Shown one piece after another: positions 17,582-29,100 of a stretch of DNA of 64,000 nt. The position numbers were made by a program, and so were the translations under genes. The notes under the pieces were generated by a model that saw nothing but the letters and a program-made list of their open reading frames with translations, searched no databases and was not told where the DNA came from. The DNA is taken from positions 1 to 64,000 of the IMG/VR virus record IMGVR_UViG_3300017917_002349. One strand, written 5' to 3'. Each line of letters begins with the position of its first letter. Within the stretch, counting starts at the first letter, position 1. The DNA is from a virus.

Positions 17582-18676
17582 ATGCCTTTACCATCGCAGC
17601 CAGCAGTTAGCCTAGGTAGAATCAGCGGGCCGATGCTGGCTCAAAATTTACTAAGGAATGGACAAGATCTAACCTTTAGAAATGACCCATTAGACGACGA
17701 TCTATTATATCTTGATGTCAATAATAGCAGAATTGGTATCAATGCTGTCCCTGATTTTGTCCTAGATGTTATCGGTAGTGCAAAAGTACATCAAGATCTA
17801 ATAGCCACAGGTACACGGGCTATTTTTGATCATATTAAGTTTAATTCAGACGGATCTATAACATCTACTTCGGGGCCTATCAATATCACACCGGTAGGTG
17901 TAGGAGCATATGTAGAACTAGGAAGGGTTGAGACACCTTCAATTAACATAGATAATAATTTAATTTCGGGGTCTATATCCAACGAAAATTTAATATTAAA
18001 TGCCAGCGGCACCGGAAAAGTAATATTACAGGCTACTACAAGTCTAGGCGGCAATCTCGCAGTTACAGGAAATATACAGGCCACAGAAACTGTACAACTA
18101 AACGGTCAACTGATCATAGGTGATAGTCCTATTGATACAGTAACTATAGCGCCCGATCTCACGCAAGATATCGTACCCGGAAGTAATAATCAATATGATC
18201 TAGGATCTCCTAGTAGAACATGGAATGATATATGGATCGTTGATATGAACGGTTCGCAGAATCCCACAATTAATAATCTAATCGTTGGCGATCAAGCTAA
18301 TTATAGTACGAATATTATCGAAGCACTACAAAGCAACGATGACCTAATACTGGTACCTGACAGCGGAACCACACAGATAGAAAATATTTCTATAAACCAA
18401 GGTGTTATAACTAATCTTTTAAATTCACCTATAACTATATCTCATACAGGTCAGGGTTATCTAGTCATCAATGATACCAATGCCATGCGTATACCTGTGG
18501 GAAATAATTCTCAAAGAACAGGAACGGAAGTAGGCGAAACTCGTTGGAACAACGAAGTTGGATATCTAGAATGCTTTGACGGCACTATTTGGCAAGTAGC
18601 CACAGGCGGCGGAGTAGTGGTTACACCTGCGATCATGGAAGAATTGGGCAACGTTTATACCCTCATCTTCGGCTAA
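17582..18676 (+). CDS. Fibre-like virion protein, paralog of 18826
   Basis: N-terminal GRISGPMLAQNLLRNGQDL; C-terminal P.G....R..G.TRWN...LE.FDG..W. Confidence 0.65.
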   Translation: MPLPSQPAVSLGRISGPMLAQNLLRNGQDLTFRNDPLDDDLLYLDVNNSRIGINAVPDFVLDVIGSAKVHQDLIATGTRAIFDHIKFNSDGSITSTSGPINITPVGVGAYVELGRVETPSINIDNNLISGSISNENLILNASGTGKVILQATTSLGGNLAVTGNIQATETVQLNGQLIIGDSPIDTVTIAPDLTQDIVPGSNNQYDLGSPSRTWNDIWIVDMNGSQNPTINNLIVGDQANYSTNIIEALQSNDDLILVPDSGTTQIENISINQGVITNLLNSPITISHTGQGYLVINDTNAMRIPVGNNSQRTGTEVGETRWNNEVGYLECFDGTIWQVATGGGVVVTPAIMEELGNVYTLIFG

Positions 18677-18690
18677 TTTCCCATTCTGAC

Positions 18691-18825
18691 TAAATACTAC
18701 TAATCGCAGTAAATGACCAATTTCTGCGTGATTAAACTGTGGTAAACCAGCAAAGAGCCGTAAAAACGGCTGCGGAGAAATCCAAAATAGGTTAACCGTG
18801 AAACACGGGGTATTTAGGAGAGCGC
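18691..18825 (+). promoter_or_regulatory. Late promoter plus ~125 nt multi-hairpin 5' leader
   Basis: TAAATA at 18691-18696, then five hairpins (e.g. AGCCGT-AAAA-ACGGCT, GGA-GAAA-TCC, CCGTG-AAA-CACGG), then the AGGAG RBS. Confidence 0.6.
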
Positions 18826-19878
18826 ATGGCTATTGGTCGAATTTCCGGTCCGCTCTTAAAGGCCAATCTCATCAGAGATGGTGTAGACCTTGCCTTTGAG
18901 ACAGACCTTCTCTATTTGGATGTTACGAATTCGCGCATTGGAGTGAAAACTTCTACTCCTCAATACAGTCTAGATGTCAATGGTACAACAAGAACCACAG
19001 ATCTCGAAGTAACTAATCAATTTGATATTGGTAATCTGACAGTCACTGGTAATACAATTTCCAGCGATCTTCCTACAATTAATTTCATAGCTTCCGGCGG
19101 CGAAGCAACAATATATCATTCTAGACTAATAGTCAACGATATAGAAATCTCAGGAAATACCATCGCCACTATAGTTTCAAATTCTAATCTAGAATTGAGA
19201 CCCAGCGGCACAGGCATAGTCGACATACAGGCTGCTACAGATATCACTGGCGACTTGTCAGTGACAGGAAACATCACAGCTACAGGAAACATTACCATAG
19301 GCGGAAATTTGATCATAGGTGATAGCATAGCCGACACTGTGACCATAAATGCTAGCCTTAACAGCAGTCTAATTCCAGAAACAAATAATGCCTATGATCT
19401 TGGATCTGCTAGCAACAAATGGAGAAACATATATTCTCAGAATTTGTTTGCAACTAACCTAAGTCTTTTAGAATTTAATATAGGTAATCTACAATTAGTT
19501 GATAATAGGATTAATACCACATCTGGGCAAGATCTTATCCTAGAAGGCAACGGCACAGGTTCAGTTAGACTTGGTAACTTTGCCATCAGAAATAATCTAA
19601 TAACAAATACTGTCAGCGGATCTGTAACACAAATAGATCAAAGCGGCACAGGCTATTTTGTAATATCGGGAACCAATGCTTTTGTACCACCAAAAGGTAC
19701 TGCTGGCGAAAGACCCACTGCTTATGCAGTAGAAGGTATGACCAGATATAACACAGATTCTAAAGCCTTGGAGATCTGGGACGGAACATCTTGGGCCAGT
19801 CCTGCAGGTACTATTGGTGCGGTATCAGAAACCACAGCCACTGACATCGCTATAAGATTCGCATTAACATTAGGATAA
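18826..19878 (+). CDS. Fibre-like virion protein, paralog of 17582
   Basis: GRISGPLLKANLIRDGVDLAF, LYLDV.NSRIG, C-terminal PKGT..ERP..GMTRYNTD..LEIWDG. Confidence 0.65.
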   Translation: MAIGRISGPLLKANLIRDGVDLAFETDLLYLDVTNSRIGVKTSTPQYSLDVNGTTRTTDLEVTNQFDIGNLTVTGNTISSDLPTINFIASGGEATIYHSRLIVNDIEISGNTIATIVSNSNLELRPSGTGIVDIQAATDITGDLSVTGNITATGNITIGGNLIIGDSIADTVTINASLNSSLIPETNNAYDLGSASNKWRNIYSQNLFATNLSLLEFNIGNLQLVDNRINTTSGQDLILEGNGTGSVRLGNFAIRNNLITNTVSGSVTQIDQSGTGYFVISGTNAFVPPKGTAGERPTAYAVEGMTRYNTDSKALEIWDGTSWASPAGTIGAVSETTATDIAIRFALTLG

Positions 19879-19883
19879 TAAAA

Positions 19884-20216
19884 ATGCCTACAACATTTAA
19901 ACATGCAGTGAATAAAAATATAGGCACTACACCAGTAGATGTAGTTCAGGTGCCTGTGGGATTTAGATCCACAGTCATTGGATGCAACATCGCTAATGTC
20001 ACAGACTATGATACAGTTAACGTAGACGTTTTTGTCATCAGCGAAGACAGTGCGCCAGCATATTATGTCAAGGGACTGACAGTCAGTCCTAACTCGGCAG
20101 TAAAAATTATAACCAACGGTGAAAAATTAATATTACCAGAAACAGCAGGTTTAAGAATAGTCAGTGACACTGCTGACAGTATTGATGTAGTGGTTAGTTT
20201 TGTAGAAATAAGCTAA
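19884..20216 (+). CDS. Small beta-rich virion protein
   Basis: VP..RSTVIGCNIAN...GEKLIL...LRI.SD...S.DVVVS..EI. Confidence 0.6.
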   Translation: MPTTFKHAVNKNIGTTPVDVVQVPVGFRSTVIGCNIANVTDYDTVNVDVFVISEDSAPAYYVKGLTVSPNSAVKIITNGEKLILPETAGLRIVSDTADSIDVVVSFVEIS

Positions 20217-20226
20217 GGAGCAGTAA

Positions 20227-20595
20227 ATGAATAATAATTATGTACTAGGAAATGATCCTTACACAAGATTAGGTGACACACCTAGATTTTTCTACGGACT
20301 AAGAAAAAACGAAAACGGAAGTCTGTTCCTTCAAAGAAATGATCAACTTAAAAGCAACGATGCTATAGAATTAAATCAACCCGGAGATGAAGCAGGCAAT
20401 TATAATGATTTTGAAGTCGGTGTTGATTTTTTTGAAGGCATAGATGTAAATCATAATGTCGTGTTTGAAAACCTAAATTATCAACAATACAGATGGGATG
20501 ACCGAGCCATATTTTATTACATAGATAACGATGGGCAACTAGTTGCAAGAGTAAATAATGGTTACACTTACGATTCCGGAGCATCAGAGGATTAA
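20227..20595 (+). CDS. Hypothetical virion protein
   Basis: 122 aa with RBS; YQQYRWD..IFYYIDNDGQLVARVN. Confidence 0.6.
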   Translation: MNNNYVLGNDPYTRLGDTPRFFYGLRKNENGSLFLQRNDQLKSNDAIELNQPGDEAGNYNDFEVGVDFFEGIDVNHNVVFENLNYQQYRWDDRAIFYYIDNDGQLVARVNNGYTYDSGASED

Positions 20596-20597
20596 TA

Positions 20598-23500
20598 ATG
20601 GCAGATTTTAAATTAAGTAGATTCAAGCACACCTGGAGAGGCACATGGGCAGCCTACGGACGTTATAATCCAGATGATGTAGTCAGTTTTGGTGGTAAAG
20701 TCTATAACTGTCTAATGACACATGTGGCTAATCCAGATTTTTACTACGATTTAGATTTCTATAACGGCGACATTCCTCCTGCACTAGACCCTAGATGGGA
20801 GTTAATGGCCGATGGTACTAGTTGGATGGGAGATTGGACTGCTGATACTTATTATCGTGTGGGAGATCAAGTGCGTTTGGGAGGTATCGTCTATCTATGC
20901 GTGGAAGCCCATACTTCAGGTAGCGACGAAACAGAATTCCCTAGTCAATATGCCAACTGGACCATACATCTAAGTTTATCAGAATGGAAAATTGATTGGC
21001 AAGTAGAAACATATTATAAGATTAACGATATCGTTCGCTACGGCGGAAAAATATATAGATGCAATACCAGTCACGAATCAGCAGGAGACATTAGTCAAGG
21101 ACTAGAATCTAATCAGGCTTTGTGGGACGTGGTTTCTATAGCAGAAGAGTGGAAAGGCAACTGGACCACTAGTTTTAGATATAAGGTAAATGACATAGTT
21201 CGTTACGGCGGACATTCCTACAAATGCGATGTTGCCCATACATCAGCCAGTGCTCTGGAAGCAGGACTTCCAGCAGATCAGGCCAAATGGTCTTTGGTCA
21301 ATCAAGGTATTGATTACAAAGGTACATGGACATCTACTACGATTTATAAAATAGGTGATGTGGTCAAGTATGGATCTTATCTATACAAAAATAACACATT
21401 CCACACATCTTCTCCTGTATTCAACAGCACATATTTTGAAATGTATCTTCCTGGACAGGAATATGATGTTGTCTGGGATACGAATACTGTTTATCAGGTA
21501 GGCGATGTTGTATCTTATGGTGGTAATCTTTATTTCAATACATTTTTACATTCAGGCCTAGTTCCCAGCACATCTACCTCAACTTGGACACTATTATTCC
21601 AAGGCTCAAAAATGCAGGGGCAATGGAGTAGCCTTGTAGATTATGAAATCGGAGATGTGGTAAGGCGCGGCGGAAATCTATATGCCTGTATTATAGATCA
21701 TATCGGGCAAGATCCAGACTTCTTAAATGATGGTAGTACAACGAATTCTACCTATTGGGATTTGATCATTCCTGGTATTAATTGGCGAGGAGTTTGGAGT
21801 GCAGGCACTGTTTACATGGCTGGAGATACTGTAGTTTGGGTATCTAGCTCTTATAGATGTAAAGATAAGCACGTTGCTGATACAGGAAATCGTCCAGACG
21901 ATGACGGTGAAATTGGTTCTACTCTAGAAGGAAGATATTGGGCTAAAATTACCGCCGGTAATAGAATCAACAGATTGAAAGAGGTAGGAGACATAAGAAC
22001 CTTTGGTGCCACAGAAGATGGTAGTACCATAGGCTATAAGGCCTTATCTATAGGAGAACAGGGTCGAGCACTGACTGTGAACAGCGGAGAAAACAGTTGG
22101 GAACTATTACAGAATACACAGCAGGCCTATTACGTAGCTGATTTTGGACAAGACATACCTACTGCAGGAACTTCGCCACAAAATCCTTGGAAAACTATCC
22201 GATATGCCTGCGAGCATGTCACTGGTTATGCTTCTATATTTGTGCGTACCGGGGACTATGAAGAGATACTACCAATACGTGTACCCGCATTTGTTGCGGT
22301 TATAGGAGACGAATTAAGGTCCACTACAGTCAAACCAGCAGATACAGTATTTGATGCTAGCTATATAACTATCATTTTAGCAGCCGCAGAAAGGCTGCGA
22401 GCACTACTAAGCAGGGTAGTTAGAGAACTCACTGTAGGACAGACAATTTTAGGATTTCCTGATGTAGAGCTCTACGGAGATATTCCTCAAGATTATTCGG
22501 GATCAATAGCTACCATAAATGAAGTGAATTCTCTAGAGTCTCTGATAGGTATATTTTCTAATAGAGTACAGACATTTTTAAACATAGGTATTTCGGGCAC
22601 AAATTCTATTACTATAGATGCTAATAAACTTGCGGCTCGAGCACAGATAACCAACAATTATGAATTCTTAAAAAACGAAATAATATTATTCTTAGAAGCT
22701 AATTATCTAGATTCTACACAGAATGCATTGCCCACTAGAATCGAACAAGACATAGAAAGAATCATTGATGCAGTCTCTTATGATTTAGTCTATCCAGGTA
22801 ATTATAAAACTGTAGAAGCTTCTACTTTTTTCATCAATGGTTCAACCTACGCTAGAAACAAAATCAGTAATATGTTCTTGATGAGAGACGGAAGCGGTCT
22901 AAGAAATATGACAGTATTAGGTTTAGAAGGTACCCTAGGAACAGCCAATATCTACGGAACCAGCAGACCTACCGCAGGTGCTTTTGTAAGCCTAGATCCG
23001 GGATATGGTCCTTCTGACACCACAGCCTGGGTCGGAACAAAATCGCCTTATGTGCAAAACGTCACAACATTTGGCACTGGCTGTGTAGGATTTAAGATTG
23101 ATGGCGATATACATGCAGGTGGTAATCAAACCATGGTCGCCAACGATTTCACACAAGTGATCAGCGATGGTATTGGAGTATGGTGTAACGGTACAGGAAA
23201 ATCAGAATGTGTTTCTGTGTTCACTTATTATAATCACATAGGATATCTATGCACCAACGGGGGCAAAATCAGAGGAACCAACGGTAATTGCTCTTATGGA
23301 AATTTTGGCGCTGTATCAGAAGGATATGACACTGCCGAAAGTCCTATCACAGCTTCTATAACCAATAGATATTATGAAGCTGATGTTTATCAAACTTTAG
23401 TGAATGATAATACCGGACTGCAAAAGTTATTCTTTTCTAATGCAGGTTCAAATTATACCACAGGATCTATGACCGTGGTAGGATCGGGTATAAATGCATC

Positions 23501-26057
23501 TGTGGTCATGGACGAATTCAGAGACGGTGCCGTCTATGAAGTTAGGATCGCAAATCCGGGAGATAGCTCTGCAGAAGGCGGATCAGGGTATACCTTTGTT
23601 ACTAACGCATCTCAAGGCGGAGATACAACTTATATTCAGCTAGCAGGCTCGGACGAAAATACTGCTAGTCAATATAGAGGTCTAAGACTGGTAATAGGTC
23701 GAGGCACAGGTACAGGACAGTACGGCTATATAGCAGAATACGATTTCACAGGCAAGTATGCTTACATAGGTAAAGAATCCAAACCAACAGTGACCGTTAC
23801 AAATGCAAGTTCTAGCGGTATGGTATTGACCATGTCAGACACTAGTCATCTTACCATCAATGATCCTATAATATTCGTAGGAACAAAGTTTGGTAATATA
23901 CAAGACAATACGATTTATTATGTTAGAACTATTCCTAGCAGCACACAGATCACGATCAGTGCTGCATCTGGACCGGGTGCTGTTTTTAACCTTATCAATG
24001 GTTCAGGAACCATGGTCCTACACTGTCTAGGATGGGAACACTTGGTTGAAGGTACTGCTATACAGAATACTCTAGACAGCTCAAGTAACTATTTCATAGA
24101 ACCAAGGATAACATTTAGCAGTCCGGGATTTAGTAGCTCAGCCGGAACATTGCCATCTAATAGACAATGGACTAGTATTGCCGGTAACTCGACCAGAATA
24201 GTTGCTGTGGCTCTCGATACAACAACCTTTGTGCATTCTGCAGACGGACAAAATTGGACCAGCGGAACTCTCCCGGCACAGGCTCTATGGACTAAGGTCA
24301 AATATGTAGGATCTTTATGGATGGCATTTGCCACAGGCGGACAGGCCGCAAGGAGCACAAACGGAATTACATGGTCGTCTATGACCATGAGTAGTACAGC
24401 AGAATGGAGAGACGTTGCCTACGGCAATGGAGTATATGTTGCAGTGGCCGCAGGCGGAACCAAGGCAGCATATTCATCAGACGGAATAACATGGACCGCA
24501 GCCACGCTTCCTGAGGGAGCTGATTGGAATTCTATAGAATACGGCAAAGGCAAATTTGTAGCCACAGCATTAAGCGATTCTTCTGTTTCAGGTGCTGCTA
24601 CTGCTTATTCATCAAACGGAACAACATGGACTGTAGGAACCCTAACACAGGGCAGTTATGCACTGGCCTACGGTAACAATAGATTTGTAGCATTATCGGG
24701 AGGATATGCAGGAGCGACAGAAGTTTCTGTGAGTTTTGATGGCATTACATGGACAGAATCAACCCTTCAATCTGCCGATTGGAGGAGTATCAGCTACGGT
24801 CAAGGATTGTTCATAGCCGTGGCCACAGGTTCTGCTACTGTAGCAACTTCGAAAGATGGCAAGACATGGAGCTATCAAAATATTTCTTCAGGGGGCCCAT
24901 GGTGTTCGATAGCATTTACTAATGTGGTCAAACCAGGAAAATTCATAGTCATTGGAGGCCTAACCACTAATTCTACCCAGACAAGAATTATCAGCACAGG
25001 TAGAACAGCTGAAGCTAGGGCAGTTATCGTTTCCGGAAGGATGAGTGCAATTAACCTATGGGAGCCAGGTAGCGGATATAGTTCAGCACCAGCTATGACC
25101 ATAACCGATCCAAATAACTCTTCAGAGGTATTTACCGTGGTCAGAGTTGGCAACGGTGCTATAGCTAATCCGACCATAATTAATGAAGGCGTGGGTTACG
25201 AAACATCTAGCACAAGAATAACCATAACTGGAGACGGATACAAAGATCAATATCACATAGGATCTTATATAGTGGTTACAGGAATGACTCGTATACCAGG
25301 ACCTGGTGATAACTTAAACATCGCTGGTATTAATGACTATACCTACAAGCTATTGACAGCTGAAATTCTAAATGGCACCGTGGGTAATTACACTGCAAGA
25401 ATAACTATTGCTAAAGATCTTGGAAGAGAAGAAAGTCCTGAACATGGAACAGCAATCACTATTAGACAGTTATATTCGCAGGTAAGATTAACGGGTCATG
25501 ATTTCTTAGACATTGGTCTAGGCAATCAAATAGAATGTAACTATCCAGACACACTAAATCCTGTAGGCACAGTTCTTGCACCAGAAGATGAAATAAGAGA
25601 AAGTAATGGTGGTCGTGTGTTCTACACTTCAACAGACCAAGACGGTAACTTCCGAGTTGGTGAACTTTTTGCTGTTGAACAAGCCACAGGCACTGTTACT
25701 CTAAACGCTCAATTTTTCCAACTAGAAGGTCTTGAAGAAATTAGACTAGGCGGATTTACTGTTGGAGGATCAGGAGTGGTCATTAGAGAATTCTCTACAG
25801 ATACTACATTTACTGCAGATTCAAATAACATTGTTCCTACTCAGAGAGCGATCAAAGCGTATTTGAATGCTAGAGTTTCCGGTGGCGGTGCAGATGCTAT
25901 AACTGGACAATTGACTGCAGGTATTGTACAGATTGGTCCTGATTCTTTGTCAACAACCACAGGCGACGAATTAATTTTTACAGCTAAAGTGAATTTCAGA
26001 GCTGGAGTTGACGGAACCTTGTTGGCTCTGAATTATTTTACAGCATCGGGGTCTTAA
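20598..26057 (+). CDS. Giant tail fibre/appendage protein (CBM5/12-like repeats, beta-helix region, Asp-box-like propeller repeats)
   Basis: 1819 aa. Repeats W...Y..GDVV.YGG..Y.C...HTS; SPYVQNVTTFG and NDFTQV; S.DG.TWT repeats; C-terminal STDQDGNFRVG. Confidence 0.75.
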   Translation: MADFKLSRFKHTWRGTWAAYGRYNPDDVVSFGGKVYNCLMTHVANPDFYYDLDFYNGDIPPALDPRWELMADGTSWMGDWTADTYYRVGDQVRLGGIVYLCVEAHTSGSDETEFPSQYANWTIHLSLSEWKIDWQVETYYKINDIVRYGGKIYRCNTSHESAGDISQGLESNQALWDVVSIAEEWKGNWTTSFRYKVNDIVRYGGHSYKCDVAHTSASALEAGLPADQAKWSLVNQGIDYKGTWTSTTIYKIGDVVKYGSYLYKNNTFHTSSPVFNSTYFEMYLPGQEYDVVWDTNTVYQVGDVVSYGGNLYFNTFLHSGLVPSTSTSTWTLLFQGSKMQGQWSSLVDYEIGDVVRRGGNLYACIIDHIGQDPDFLNDGSTTNSTYWDLIIPGINWRGVWSAGTVYMAGDTVVWVSSSYRCKDKHVADTGNRPDDDGEIGSTLEGRYWAKITAGNRINRLKEVGDIRTFGATEDGSTIGYKALSIGEQGRALTVNSGENSWELLQNTQQAYYVADFGQDIPTAGTSPQNPWKTIRYACEHVTGYASIFVRTGDYEEILPIRVPAFVAVIGDELRSTTVKPADTVFDASYITIILAAAERLRALLSRVVRELTVGQTILGFPDVELYGDIPQDYSGSIATINEVNSLESLIGIFSNRVQTFLNIGISGTNSITIDANKLAARAQITNNYEFLKNEIILFLEANYLDSTQNALPTRIEQDIERIIDAVSYDLVYPGNYKTVEASTFFINGSTYARNKISNMFLMRDGSGLRNMTVLGLEGTLGTANIYGTSRPTAGAFVSLDPGYGPSDTTAWVGTKSPYVQNVTTFGTGCVGFKIDGDIHAGGNQTMVANDFTQVISDGIGVWCNGTGKSECVSVFTYYNHIGYLCTNGGKIRGTNGNCSYGNFGAVSEGYDTAESPITASITNRYYEADVYQTLVNDNTGLQKLFFSNAGSNYTTGSMTVVGSGINASVVMDEFRDGAVYEVRIANPGDSSAEGGSGYTFVTNASQGGDTTYIQLAGSDENTASQYRGLRLVIGRGTGTGQYGYIAEYDFTGKYAYIGKESKPTVTVTNASSSGMVLTMSDTSHLTINDPIIFVGTKFGNIQDNTIYYVRTIPSSTQITISAASGPGAVFNLINGSGTMVLHCLGWEHLVEGTAIQNTLDSSSNYFIEPRITFSSPGFSSSAGTLPSNRQWTSIAGNSTRIVAVALDTTTFVHSADGQNWTSGTLPAQALWTKVKYVGSLWMAFATGGQAARSTNGITWSSMTMSSTAEWRDVAYGNGVYVAVAAGGTKAAYSSDGITWTAATLPEGADWNSIEYGKGKFVATALSDSSVSGAATAYSSNGTTWTVGTLTQGSYALAYGNNRFVALSGGYAGATEVSVSFDGITWTESTLQSADWRSISYGQGLFIAVATGSATVATSKDGKTWSYQNISSGGPWCSIAFTNVVKPGKFIVIGGLTTNSTQTRIISTGRTAEARAVIVSGRMSAINLWEPGSGYSSAPAMTITDPNNSSEVFTVVRVGNGAIANPTIINEGVGYETSSTRITITGDGYKDQYHIGSYIVVTGMTRIPGPGDNLNIAGINDYTYKLLTAEILNGTVGNYTARITIAKDLGREESPEHGTAITIRQLYSQVRLTGHDFLDIGLGNQIECNYPDTLNPVGTVLAPEDEIRESNGGRVFYTSTDQDGNFRVGELFAVEQATGTVTLNAQFFQLEGLEEIRLGGFTVGGSGVVIREFSTDTTFTADSNNIVPTQRAIKAYLNARVSGGGADAITGQLTAGIVQIGPDSLSTTTGDELIFTAKVNFRAGVDGTLLALNYFTASGS

Positions 26058-26114
26058 TAAGAATGATAAATTTTTTGCATAAATATGATTTAATGCACGT
26101 ATATGGAGCTATAA

Positions 26115-29100
26115 ATGGCTGAATTTAAATTAGGTAGAATAAAATTTGTATGGAAAAATGACTGGACAACCAGCACCACATACTATAAAGACGACATCAT
26201 CGCCTATGGCGGCAAAACATATCTTTGTGTAGTAGGACACACTGCGGCAGCGGATTTTTACACTGATCTCGATAATGTGCCTACTAAATGGAACCAATTC
26301 AGCGATGGCCAGGACTGGAAGGGTAACTGGGCAGCTACCACATTATACAAAGAAAACGATATTGTAAAATACGGCGGATATATCTATATCTGTAACAATG
26401 GTCATACCAGTTCTTCCACACTAGAAACCAATCAAGCAGATTGGGACCTATTAGCCGAAGGTTTTGATTGGAAGGGTGCATGGGCAACATCATATACCTA
26501 CAAGGTCAACGACCTTGTCAAGTATGGCGGTCTAGTATACCTCTGTAATACTGCTCACACATCTGCGGCCACAGCCGCACTAGGACTAGAACAAGATTCT
26601 ATTAAATGGGATATTTTCTCTAAAGGAGTTGACTGGAAAGGCACATGGGCTACATCAACAAGATATAAAGTAGGCGATCTTGTCAAGAACGGCGGCAATA
26701 CCTATGTATGTAATCAAGGTCATACTTCTGCAGCCACAGCCGCTTTGGGATTAGAAGCCGACCAATCTAAATGGGATTATTTTAATCAAGGTATCGACTA
26801 CAAAGGTACATGGGCAACTACTACTAGATACAAACACAATGATGTGGTCAAATATGGTGGAGGAACATGGATCTGTGTAACCCCACATACTTCTACTTCA
26901 AACTTTGTATCAGACAATGCATATTGGAATCAATTTGTTGAAGGTGTAGAATTTGAAGGAGATTGGTTATCTGGAACAACATACCAGCCCGGTGACATCG
27001 TGCGCTACGGTGGTAATAGTTACATTGCCAAGAATGTTCACGTTGCTGGATCCACACCCCCAGCAACACCTTTTGATTGGGATTTATTCACCACAGGATT
27101 TAGACTGCAAGGGGATTGGAGCTCAGTCACTACTTATAAAATTGGCGAAGTGGTTAGAAATCATGGCTTTACCTATGTAGCCACAGCAGACAGCACAAAT
27201 CAAAGACCTCCTAATGCTTCTTACTGGAGCAAATTAAATGAAGGTATTGACTGGGAAGGTGACTGGGTCAGCTCTCATGTTTATGTACTAGGCGATGCTG
27301 TAAAATACGGTCCAAATTCTTACATTTGTGTACAAGCGCATACTTCTAGCACAGGCGCAGATAGACCCGATAATGACACTATCGGTGCTTATTGGAATTT
27401 ATTGACCGCAGGCAATGAAGAAAGTGTGCTTACAACCACTGGTGATCTCGTATATTATTCAGGTGGCGGTCCTACAAGATTGCCCATCGGCGACGAAGGA
27501 CAGGTACTGGTAGTAGATTCTGGATTACCAACTTGGAAATATTTTGGTAAAGTAAAGAACGTTTGGTATGTGGCACCACATGGTGTTGATGAACCAGCAC
27601 CGACCTACGGATCTACAGTTGATCGTCCTTGGGCCAGTGTTAGATATGCCTGCGAACAAATTGAAAACGGTACAGAGTACCCAGAAGCAGCATACCTATT
27701 AAGACAAAACAGAACATTTATCCAACGAGAAATTTCTAAATGGGTCCAATATCAGATCTCCGTAGGTACAGGAATCTGGGCAGGATTCGTTAATGACAGT
27801 GCTGCTCTATGCGAAAGAGATATGGGACTTATAGTAGACGCTATTGTCTACGATTTGACACATACAGGTAATGTAAAATCTAGAACAGCAGCCTTGTCCT
27901 ATTTTGACAATGCAGGAGCACTTGAAACATTTATCGCAGACGAATACCAACAACTAGTGGCAGCAATCAACTATGGTGTTTCGTTGATCAATAGTGTATT
28001 ATCTAATACAGCACCTGCAGCAAATTATCAAGCATTAACCGGTGTAGCAGTTAATGATAGAATCAAGCAGATTATAGATGCTGGCTATACAGCAGAAGTC
28101 GGTTCTGCTGATATCTGTGAAGGACTCGCAGCAATAATCACAGACGCGGTTACTGCGCAGAGTATCACTAATCTTCCAATAGAAGATTTACCTAATTATA
28201 CAATTAATACCAAAACAGGTTTATATGAAGAAGTATTGCCTATCCGCGTTCCTTCATATACTGCTGTGGTTGGCGACGAACTACGTTCTAGCAGAATCAG
28301 TCCTGCAGGCAGCCTAATCGGTAACAACGACAAGGCCAAATCTGTTACAGTGTTGACCTATTTGAAATCTATCACCGACGAAATAGTCACAAATGTAGCG
28401 GTAACACCAACTACAGGCAATACAGAAACACAAGATACCACAAGTCAAAATGAGGGCAACGTGGGCAGTTCTACTGCGGTAACCAGTGTTGTTAATAACA
28501 CCGCTGAAATTAAAGATATTTTGACCAACGGTCTTGGTGCTGCAGACGCTTTTGTTATTCCGAATCCAACAAATTGGGGTTCGTCATTGACCAATACGGC
28601 CTATGCTTCAACAGGCAACAGCAGCGGAGCCACAACAACCTATGATTATGCTAGAGCTCAGATCCTAGCCAATACAGCATTCCTAAAAGCAGAAATCACT
28701 GCCTGGATCGCTGTGCAGGTCGCAGGCAATATTGCACCATTTACATCTAGCTTTGTTTATGATTCTGCAAAATGCGCCCGAGATGTTGGATATGTATTAG
28801 ATGCTATACGTTATGATATCACCTACGGCGGCAATACCCAGACAAGAATTGCCGCAGACGCATATTACAGTTACGGAGCAGCTACTTTTGGCACAGGTGA
28901 AAAACTACAGACCATAGCAGCCTATAATAGATTAAAGACCATAGTTGGACAAGTGGTCACCGAAGCAGCAGTTACAGTTTCTGCAGGCAATGCATTAACA
29001 CAGGATACCAGCGGTTCACCTGCTAACACCAGTGCTAAGAATTTCGCTGAAGAACGTGTTCAGCAGATTGTTGACACTATCACTGCCGACGGCACATTGC

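Noticed and set aside
18735-18775. c-di-GMP-I riboswitch (GGTAAACC...GCAAAG resemblance)
   Set aside because: The P2 GAAA stem and downstream conserved elements do not follow in the right order; kept only as an unassigned leader.
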